Positions 1 through 6,748 of a stretch of DNA of 15,250 nt are shown here, in pieces. The position numbers were made by a program, and so were the translations under genes. Below the pieces are notes generated by a model. That model was not told the origin of the DNA. It saw only the letters and a program-made list of their open reading frames with translations, and ran no database searches. Positions within the stretch are counted from its first letter, which is position 1. Each line of letters starts with the position of its first letter. Source of the DNA: Pseudomonadota bacterium (GTDB lineage Bacteria > Bdellovibrionota > FAC87 > UBA2466); assembly GCA_043767805.1 (NCBI GenBank), contig JAYUGC010000055.1, positions 1-15,250 on the forward strand. The letters are read 5' to 3'.

Positions 1-1018
1 GGTGATCCACGAGAGACTCGACGCCGCCCAAGCTCTCCGCGAGGGAGAAGACTTTGAGGGACTCGAGGAACTTTCTCGCGTGGGAGATATCGCCCTTCAG
101 GAAGAAGGTGACCATCCCTCCGAAGCCCTTCATCTGGCGCTTCGCCACATCGTGATTCGGATGCGATTTGAGGCCCGGGTACATCACGCGCTCGACCTTC
201 GGGTGCTTTTCGAGCCAAGCCGCGAGCTCCATGGCACTCTCTTCGTGCCGCTTCATGCGAATGGCGAGCGTCTTAATGCCGCGAAGGACCAGGAACGCAT
301 CGAAAGGACCGCAACCGCCGCCCATGGAGTTCTGAATGTGGCCGATGCGGCTACGAAGGGTATCGTCGTTAAACATCAAGGCGCCGCCGACGACGTCGCT
401 GTGCCCATTGATATACTTCGTCGTCGAATGGAGGACGACGTCCGCGCCCAGCTCCAAGGGACTTTGAAAGTAAGGGCTCGCGAACGTGTTATCGACGACC
501 ACCAAAGGCCGGGGATTTTGCTTTCTGGCCCAATCCACCACACGGGCAATATCGATGATTTTCAGAAGCGGGTTCGTCGGCGTCTCGACCCAAATTATTT
601 TCGTCTTTGGGGTCGCGAAATCGCCGGGCGAGTGCTTGGTCAAATCGCCAAAGGTCGTCGTAACGCCGTGCCGGGACCACACGGTACGAAACAGCCGGCT
701 GGTGCCGCCGTAGACGTCATCCACCGAGACCACGTGATCGCCCACTTCGAGCAGATGCATGAGGATATCGGTGCCCGTGCAACCCGACGACAACGCCAAG
801 GCATGCTTCGCGCCTTCCAGGGACGCGAGCGACTTCTGAAGCGCCGTGCGCGTCGGATTGTCCGTGCGGGAATAGTCGTACCCCTGGTGTTTACCCGGCG
901 ACGTTTGCACGTAGGTGCTGGTCGCGTAGATGGGCGTCATGATGGCGCCGTTCGAAGGATCAGGCGTGACGCCCGCATGGACTACTCTGGTTTCGAAATG
1001 ATCGCCAAACTCACTCAT
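1..1018 (-). CDS. Cystathionine gamma-lyase/gamma-synthase family PLP enzyme (Cys/Met metabolism), 3' end beyond the left edge
   Basis: Manual translation from ATG at 1018 gives MSEFGDHFETRVVHAGVTPDPSNGAIMTPIYATSTYVQTSPGKHQGYDYSRTDNPTR..., with the PLP-lysine motif GADVVLHSTTKYINGHSDVVGG. The start overlaps the cbs stop (ATGA, 1015-1018). The gene is not in the ORF track, where 2..1024 (+) is its antisense shadow. Confidence 0.95.
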   Translation of the reverse strand, partial: MSEFGDHFETRVVHAGVTPDPSNGAIMTPIYATSTYVQTSPGKHQGYDYSRTDNPTRTALQKSLASLEGAKHALALSSGCTGTDILMHLLEVGDHVVSVDDVYGGTSRLFRTVWSRHGVTTTFGDLTKHSPGDFATPKTKIIWVETPTNPLLKIIDIARVVDWARKQNPRPLVVVDNTFASPYFQSPLELGADVVLHSTTKYINGHSDVVGGALMFNDDTLRSRIGHIQNSMGGGCGPFDAFLVLRGIKTLAIRMKRHEESAMELAAWLEKHPKVERVMYPGLKSHPNHDVAKRQMKGFGGMVTFFLKGDISHARKFLESLKVFSLAESLGGVESLVDH

Positions 1019-2397
1019 GCCTGACCCCCGCGGCTCTGCCGCGCTAGGAACGTGATTAGATCGATGTTGGTCAAAATGTAATTAATCTGACCGCCGTCCG
1101 CGACCAGCGCGATTTTGCCTTGGCTGAAGATCTCTTTCAGCCACTCGATTTTGTCCGACGGATGGACGATGGCGAACTTATCGCTGAGAAGCGGCTCGAT
1201 GGAGCTCGACGCCTTGATCTGGCCGCTGAAGAGCGGGTGCATGATCTCTTTCTCGTTGATGATGCCCTTCAACTCCTCGCCCTTGAAAACCGGGAACTGC
1301 GACACGCCGTCGTGGCGCATGCGATCGACGACGCTTTCGACCGAATCGGTGACTTGCGCGCGGATGACCTTCGAGCTCTTGTGGAGCACTTTTATGAGGT
1401 CCGCGATGCTCTCGTACGTATCCGACTCGAAGAAGGAGTTTTCCATCATCCAAGCGTCGTCGTAAAGCTTAGACAAATAGCGGTTACCCGAGTCCGGGAG
1501 AATGACGACGTTGAGGCCGGGGGTGGTGGCCTTCGAGAGGTAGCGCATGGCACCCACCACGGCGGCGCCCGAAGAGGAGCCAGTGAAGATGCCTTCCTGC
1601 GTGAGCAGACGGCGGGCCATGAGATAGGATTCCCTGTCCTCGACCCGCACAATCTCGTCGATGTAATCGAAGTTGCAGTTGTCGGGTTTAAAATCCTCGC
1701 CGATGCCTTCGAGCTTGTACTGCTGGGCCTGAACGAACTTACCCGTTTCGAAAAGTTCCTTCAGAAGAGAGCCCTTCGGATCCACGCCGACGATTTTGAT
1801 CTTCGGGTTCTTCTCTTTCAAATATTTGCCGACGCCGCAGATAGTGCCGCAGGTGCCGATGCCGGCGATGAACGAAGTGATCTTACCTTGGGTCTGCTCC
1901 CAAACTTCCGGGCCCGTCGTCTTGTAATGAGATTCGGCGTTGTCCGGATTGTTGTACTGGTTCATGTAGAGCGAGTTCGGGGTCTCTTCGGCGATTTTGC
2001 GGCCCACCTTATAGTAGGACCGGGGATCATCGGCCTCGACCGCGGTGGGCGTAATCACCACGCGGGCTCCGAAGGCGCGCAAGTTCTGGCGCTTTTCTTC
2101 GCTCATCTTATCGGGCAGGACAAAAACCGTTTTGTAGCCTTTGACGGCGGCGGTGATGGCAAGCCCCATGCCGGTATTGCCGGAGGTGGACTCGACGATG
2201 GTACCGCCGGGCTTGATCTTGCCTTCCTTCTCGGCCTTCTCGATCATGTAGGCGCCGATGCGGTCTTTGATGGAGCCGCCGGGATTCATGAACTCGCACT
2301 TGGCGTACAGGTCGCCAGGAGTTCCCCGGTTCACTTTATTCAGCCGGACCAGGGGGGTGTTTCCAATCGCCTCTAAGATGTCTTTCTTCAACGCCAT
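1015..2397 (-). CDS. cbs: Cystathionine beta-synthase (PLP fold II catalytic domain plus C-terminal CBS-domain pair)
   Basis: Motifs IGNTPLV, KCEFMNPGGSIKDR (PLP Lys), ESTSGNTG and PDSGNRYLSK. The ~140-aa C-terminal region has CBS features (GVSQFPV, ILTNIDLI). It is translationally coupled to the gamma-lyase. Confidence 0.92.
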   Translation of the reverse strand: MALKKDILEAIGNTPLVRLNKVNRGTPGDLYAKCEFMNPGGSIKDRIGAYMIEKAEKEGKIKPGGTIVESTSGNTGMGLAITAAVKGYKTVFVLPDKMSEEKRQNLRAFGARVVITPTAVEADDPRSYYKVGRKIAEETPNSLYMNQYNNPDNAESHYKTTGPEVWEQTQGKITSFIAGIGTCGTICGVGKYLKEKNPKIKIVGVDPKGSLLKELFETGKFVQAQQYKLEGIGEDFKPDNCNFDYIDEIVRVEDRESYLMARRLLTQEGIFTGSSSGAAVVGAMRYLSKATTPGLNVVILPDSGNRYLSKLYDDAWMMENSFFESDTYESIADLIKVLHKSSKVIRAQVTDSVESVVDRMRHDGVSQFPVFKGEELKGIINEKEIMHPLFSGQIKASSSIEPLLSDKFAIVHPSDKIEWLKEIFSQGKIALVADGGQINYILTNIDLITFLARQSRGGQA

Positions 2398-2405
2398 AGG
2401 GCTGG

Positions 2406-2435
2406 ACTATAGCCGCACTCCCCTAGGAATTTCAA
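2406..2435 (-). promoter_or_regulatory. Putative sigma70 promoter of the cbs-lyase operon
   Basis: Minus strand reads TTGAAA-N18-TATAGT-N8-ATG, with no Shine-Dalgarno between the -10 box and the start. Confidence 0.6.
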
Positions 2436-2528
2436 CGACGTGGCTTTTGTCCCGCAGCGTCCAAATCCTAGGCGAAAGATTCCCCGTATTCACGCCGTAT
2501 TCGCGCGGGCGCACGCACCGGGTCGCCG

Positions 2529-2544
2529 TGGCATGGCAATTGTA
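2529..2544 (+). promoter_or_regulatory. Putative sigma54 (-24/-12) promoter
   Basis: TGGCATG-GCAA-TTGTA against consensus TGGCACG-N4-TTGCW. Spacing is correct, with two mismatches. Predicted +1 is about 2555, next to the GTG at 2556. Confidence 0.45.
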
Positions 2545-2555
2545 CGGTTCCCCCG

Positions 2556-2898
2556 GTGTTTAGAGTCGCCGCACTTTTGCTCCTGGCCGTTTGCCTTCAG
2601 TCCTTCGGGGAGTCCCGAAAAGTGATCGTAATGACCCCGCCCCATCTCCATTCACATCGATGAGAACGACGTGGACCCCAAAACGGGAATCCGCGTCCAC
2701 GTGAACGACGACGCCACTTCCCAAATCCGGGTAGTGGAATCCCTCGACCCCGAAGTTTTCGGCGAAGCCTTGTACGACGGCCTCGCGCGCACTCCCGCCC
2801 TCGTGGCGCGGCGCACGTCGCTCTTCGCGCGGGCGGTGAGACTGCCCGACGTCCTCTGCCGACGAGGCTTTGGTTATCTGACGACGCTAGGCCATTGA
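2556..2898 (+). pseudogene. Frameshifted small secreted hypothetical protein (~113 aa if repaired)
   Basis: GTG 2556 gives a signal-peptide-like MFRVAALLLLAVCLQSFG-ESRKVIVMTP that stops at 2661-2663. The +1 frame is open from 2635 (PISIHIDENDVDPKTGIRVHV...) to TGA 2898 and contains ORF 2671..2898. The frames overlap at the C-runs GACCCCGCCCCATC. Confidence 0.5.
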
Positions 2899-2924
2899 CC
2901 CCGGGGGTCGCCCTAGCCTAAAAA
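2895..2924 (+). promoter_or_regulatory. Putative sigma70 promoter of purH (leaderless arrangement)
   Basis: TTGACC(2895-2900)-N18-TAAAAA(2919-2924)-N6-ATG(2931), with no SD sequence. Confidence 0.45.
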
Positions 2925-2930
2925 CCCCGC

Positions 2931-4433
2931 ATGGAATCCCGAATCCCCGTCCGTGCCGCCCTCATCAGTGTTTTCGATAAAAAAGGCTTGGGCCCGCTGG
3001 TCGCCGCCCTCAAAAAAGCCGGTACCAAGATCTATTCGACCGGAGGCACCGCCGCTCATCTGACAGAGCTGGGGGTCGAGGTCACCACCATCGAGTCAGT
3101 GACCCAGTTCCCCGAAATGATGGACGGCCGGGTGAAGACGCTGCACCCCCGGGTATTCGGCGGCATTTTGGCCCGCCGGGACATGCCGGAAGATATCGAG
3201 ATGGCCCGGCGCCACGAGATTCCGCTTTTCGATTTGATCGTTGTGAACCTTTATCCGTTCTGGGATCACTTGAAAGACGACATCAAGACGCAGACGAAAT
3301 ACGTCGATATCGGCGGCCCCTCGATGATCCGCGCGGCCGCCAAAAACCACGCCGCCGTCGCCGTTCTCTCTGATCCCGCCGACTACGCCGAGCTTACCGC
3401 CGAAATGGAAGCGACGGGCGGCGCGACCGATCTCGATTTGCGCCGAACGCTTGCCGCGCGCACGTTTCAGAGAACGAGCCAGTACGACGCGATGATCGCG
3501 TCCGCTTGGATGGAAGGCATTCCGCTCGGCGTGTCCCTCTCTCCCCAGACGAGCCTTCGCTACGGCGAAAACCCGCACCAAAAGGCGGCTTGGGCCGGCC
3601 AAAACCCGGGCTGGAAGCTCCTCCAAGGCAAAGAGCTCTCTTACAATAATTTGCTCGATACCGAAGCGGCGGCCCGCATCGTGGCCGAGTTCGAAGCGCC
3701 CGCCATCAGCATCATCAAGCACAATAGCCCGTGTGGCGTTGCGTCCGGCGCCCTCCCCCAAACGGAACTTTGGAAACGTGCGTTCGAAGGCGATAGCAAG
3801 TCGGCTTTCGGCGGCATCGTCGCTTTCAATCGCCCCGTGCAGGGCGAGACGGCGGAAGCGATGAGTGGCGTCTTTCTCGAAGTCGTGCTCGCCCCGTCGG
3901 TGACCGCGGAAGCCGCGTCGGCGTTTGCGAAGAAAAAGAATTTGCGAGTCATCGAATGGGCGAAGCCTCAGTTCCAGCCCTTCGAAGTGCGCACGGCTCT
4001 CGGCGGCTGGCTCGTGCAGCAAGCCGATGATTTGGGCTGGCCCGCGGAAGTCAAAACGGTCACGAAAACCGCCGTTCCCAAAGAAGCTTTGGACGATTTG
4101 AAGTTCGCTTGGCTCGTCTGCAAACACGTCCGCTCCAACGCGATTTTGCTCGCCAAGGACGGCTCGACGCTAGGCATCGGCGGCGGTCAGGTGAGCCGTG
4201 TGGACGCCGTCCACATCGCCCTTTCCAAATGCGCGCCCGGTGCGGCTCAGGGAGCGGTCCTCGCCTCCGACGCTTTCTTCCCCTTCCGCGACAATATCGA
4301 TCTGCTGAAAGGCATCGGCATCAAAGCCATCATCCAGCCCGGCGGATCGGTCAGGGACGAAGAGGTCATCCAGGCCTGCGATGAGTTAGGCATTGCGATG
4401 GTCTTTACCGGCGGCCGTCATTTCCGCCACTAA
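2931..4433 (+). CDS. purH: Bifunctional AICAR transformylase / IMP cyclohydrolase
   Basis: Motifs [73 protein letters not shown] and the terminal RHFRH. Confidence 0.98.
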   Translation: MESRIPVRAALISVFDKKGLGPLVAALKKAGTKIYSTGGTAAHLTELGVEVTTIESVTQFPEMMDGRVKTLHPRVFGGILARRDMPEDIEMARRHEIPLFDLIVVNLYPFWDHLKDDIKTQTKYVDIGGPSMIRAAAKNHAAVAVLSDPADYAELTAEMEATGGATDLDLRRTLAARTFQRTSQYDAMIASAWMEGIPLGVSLSPQTSLRYGENPHQKAAWAGQNPGWKLLQGKELSYNNLLDTEAAARIVAEFEAPAISIIKHNSPCGVASGALPQTELWKRAFEGDSKSAFGGIVAFNRPVQGETAEAMSGVFLEVVLAPSVTAEAASAFAKKKNLRVIEWAKPQFQPFEVRTALGGWLVQQADDLGWPAEVKTVTKTAVPKEALDDLKFAWLVCKHVRSNAILLAKDGSTLGIGGGQVSRVDAVHIALSKCAPGAAQGAVLASDAFFPFRDNIDLLKGIGIKAIIQPGGSVRDEEVIQACDELGIAMVFTGGRHFRH

Positions 4434-4447
4434 AAGGTAAGGCACGG

Positions 4448-4616
4448 GATCGGGCCGGTCACTGGTTGCGGGATGCTGGTACGAGGTAGGCTATTTTTGA
4501 TCTTACCTTCCAGGACTTCTCATTGAGATCGGACTGCCGTTAACGAACCGCCCGCGAAGGAAAGATCTAATAGATTTCCTCGCACTAGCATCCAGCAACA
4601 AGGACCGGGCCGGATC
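4448..4616. repeat. Long imperfect inverted repeat (~170-nt hairpin) directly downstream of purH
   Basis: Nested complementary blocks GATC/GATC, CCGGTC/GACCGG, GTTGC/GCAAC, GGATGCTGGT/ACTAGCATCC, CGAGG/CCTCG, CTATT/AATAG, GATCTT/AAGATC and CCTTC/GAAGG, in collinear order. Confidence 0.85.
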
Positions 4617-4644
4617 GAACACCGCAAAGCACTGAGACCCCTGC

Positions 4645-4722
4645 GGCATCGGCACCAAGGCCATCATCCAGTCGACTTGCGCCGAGGTCGGGCTTGCGAT
4701 GGTTTTTTCGGGCTGGCACTAG
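4645..4722 (+). pseudogene. purH: Degenerate duplicate of the purH 3' end
   Basis: Reads GIGTKAIIQSTCAEVGLAMVFSGWH* against pur[41 protein letters not shown]. The first 27 nt match 4311-4337 at 25/27. There is no start codon, and an in-frame TGA lies upstream at 4633. Confidence 0.85.
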
Positions 4723-4851
4723 GCAAACCGAGCGGCGCCGCTGGCTCCTCCGCAATGGATTCGTAAGGACAAGGCCTCGACTCCCATCCCACCCCCCAGA
4801 TCAAAAGACACCCGAGAAAAAAATATCGCATCCCCGTATTCTACCCCCACT

Positions 4852-4958
4852 CCAGACCATCGTTAACGACGCGTACAACAAAAGAAGATCGAATAGACTT
4901 CCTCGTACCCGGAACCCGTGTCCCGTGACTTCCCCATCGAGCAACGCGAAGCGTTGGC
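4852..4958 (+). repeat. Diverged direct copy of 4529-4635 (right arm of the hairpin plus flank)
   Basis: Shared blocks CGTTAACGA (4538/4861), AAGATCnAATAGAYTTCCTCGYAC (4562/4885) and ATCGARCAMCGCRAAGC (4614/4936), at nearly identical spacing with a 1-nt indel. Confidence 0.75.
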
Positions 4959-5022
4959 CCGCCCCAACCCGCAACTACTGGAAACCCCCTTTTCTGCCGA
5001 AAAGAAGGGTGAGCTTCTAGTG

Positions 5023-6729
5023 ATGAACAAAGAGCCCAAAAACTGGCTGGTCCGCACGCGCGTCGGGGAAATCCTCGGCCCTTACACCCAACGCGAGCTG
5101 CTGGACGAGCTTCAACGTAAGTCTTTCTCGCCTACCGACGAGATTGCTCCGTCCTTGGGCTATTGGATCTCCGCTCAAACGCTGCTCAACCGCGATTCCG
5201 ACGAGTTCACGCGCACCAGCACGCGCAATACGGCCATCACTCGCTCGACGGAATCGAGTCTGGTTCTGCCTTCCAACGCCAATCCCCTAGCCGACCGGCA
5301 AGCACCGCTTCGGCCGGAGAACGAAACTCAGACCAATCCCGATTTCTTGCAACGGCCCGTGTCCGAGCCGCCGCTTCGCCGCATTCAGCCCGCGGTGACC
5401 ACCCCGCGCGCCAACACGAAATGGCTGCCGCTCGTGGCCGGTCTCATGATCGTTCTCGGCCTGTGGGGACTGGCGGGGCACCTGAAGCCCTCGTCGCCCG
5501 ACCGTACCGCGCCGGCCATGACCCAATCGGATTCGGCGCCGACTACCGCCGGTGAAACGAAATTCGTCAGAGACATTTACGCCATGATCCACGCGGGCCA
5601 GACGGCAACCGCCCTCTCGCGCCTCGCCGCTTATCACGAAAAGATGGCGTCACCGAACGAGCTCGAATATTTGATCCCCTACGCCGCCCTCCTCATCACC
5701 GAGCAAGTCTCGCCGTCTCGCGCGAAGAAGCTTCTCGAAAAAGTCCTCACCGCGAGCGACGCGAGTAACGAGCTCAAAGCGAAAGCCCATCACTGGCTCG
5801 GTTACCTCGCTCTCAGCCAAGACGAAAAAGACTGGGGCGAAAGTCACTTTCTCGATTCGCTCCAGCTCAATAAGAAAGATCCCGCCGCCCGCTTCAACTT
5901 GGGCCGCGCGTTCATGAAGCAGCAGAAGTACCGTCAAGCGCTCGACTACCTGACGGTCGCCGAGCTCGACGTGCCCAATCTTTGGCTCATTCACATTTAT
6001 AAGGGCCGCGCGAAAACCGCTTTGGATCTCGTCGACGAAGCGGCTTCTGATTTCAAGAAAGCGGTCAGCCTCTCGAAAGATCGCTGGATCTCGTATCTCT
6101 ATCAGGCTCTCTTCTTGATCAAGCGCGAAGACCAGGAAGGCGCCCGCCGCATGATGCGCACCATGCTGACCCGCGACCCGAGCTACGAGTTCCAAAACCC
6201 GCCGCCCTTTGGTTTCTACCAAGAGAAGATCAACTACGCGGAATACCTAAACAGCTTCAATCACGTCATGCAGGGGAGTACGAGCGAAGAGCGCGAGCTC
6301 GGCCGGCTGTACTTGAGCTACCTCATGAACGGCGCTTCGAGCGACGATGCGAAACGCATCGAGCAGGTCGCCGAAAAGAGCGGCCTCATGGCCAAAGTCT
6401 TCGCCCTCAAAGTGGTCCTGGACCGCGAAAGCACCCCTGAGGAAATCAAAAAAGCCTTGGGCCGGTTGCCGCCCCATTTAAGTGATTTTGGCTACTTCGC
6501 TTACGTCCTGCGCGGCGAAGGCCGCATGCGCACGGGAGATATGGAAGGCGCCCAGGCTGACTTCTCTCTCGCCCTGCAGCTCGAGCCCCAGTCCGCCATC
6601 TCCAATTTCGCCTACGCGACTCTCCTCAAACGCACCGGCCGGGACGGCCAGGCTCGCGAAAAGATTCAAAACCTGCTCTCCTACCATCCCGACTACATCC
6701 CTGCTATAGTCTTCACGCAGAATTTCTAA
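5023..6729 (+). CDS. Membrane-anchored tetratricopeptide-repeat protein with an N-terminal GYF-like domain
   Basis: N-terminal WLVRTRVGEILGPY...TDEI...W pattern (GYF_2-like), a Thr/Ser/Pro-rich linker, one TM helix (WLPLVAGLMIVLGLWGLAG), then TPR-like repeats (ARFNLGRAFMKQQKYRQAL, AYVLRGEGRMRTGDMEGAQADFSLALQLEP). Start placed at ATG 5023 (or GTG 5020) after AAGGGTGAG. The longest ORF starts at GTG 4918, inside the repeat. Confidence 0.8.
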   Translation: MNKEPKNWLVRTRVGEILGPYTQRELLDELQRKSFSPTDEIAPSLGYWISAQTLLNRDSDEFTRTSTRNTAITRSTESSLVLPSNANPLADRQAPLRPENETQTNPDFLQRPVSEPPLRRIQPAVTTPRANTKWLPLVAGLMIVLGLWGLAGHLKPSSPDRTAPAMTQSDSAPTTAGETKFVRDIYAMIHAGQTATALSRLAAYHEKMASPNELEYLIPYAALLITEQVSPSRAKKLLEKVLTASDASNELKAKAHHWLGYLALSQDEKDWGESHFLDSLQLNKKDPAARFNLGRAFMKQQKYRQALDYLTVAELDVPNLWLIHIYKGRAKTALDLVDEAASDFKKAVSLSKDRWISYLYQALFLIKREDQEGARRMMRTMLTRDPSYEFQNPPPFGFYQEKINYAEYLNSFNHVMQGSTSEERELGRLYLSYLMNGASSDDAKRIEQVAEKSGLMAKVFALKVVLDRESTPEEIKKALGRLPPHLSDFGYFAYVLRGEGRMRTGDMEGAQADFSLALQLEPQSAISNFAYATLLKRTGRDGQAREKIQNLLSYHPDYIPAIVFTQNF

Positions 6730-6748
6730 CTGTTCCTCGAAGGGAAGT

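Noticed and set aside
2..1024. 340-aa + strand ORF
   Set aside because: It is the antisense shadow of the minus-strand cystathionine gamma-lyase, which carries the family motifs.
2671..2930. ZMP/ZTP riboswitch upstream of purH
   Set aside because: No recognisable aptamer motif. The region is occupied by an ORF, and the promoter-like boxes abut the ATG.
4448..4616. 6S RNA, integron attC or retron ncRNA identity for the long hairpin
   Set aside because: The length is 6S-like, but I see no central bubble flanked by two long stems. There are no RYYYAAC/GTTRRRY ends and no integrase or RT nearby. An Rfam search is still needed to exclude these formally.
4645..4722. purH' as a diversity-generating retroelement template/variable repeat pair
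   Set aside because: Mismatches are not confined to adenines, there are internal deletions, and no reverse transcriptase is in the window.
4996..5003. GCCGAAAA as a sigma28 -10 box for the TPR gene
   Set aside because: No convincing TAAA/TCAAG -35 element at the expected spacing.
4694..5020. 108-aa ORF in the purH-TPR spacer
   Set aside because: TTG start without SD, composition unlike a real protein, and it runs through the pseudogene fragment and repeats.
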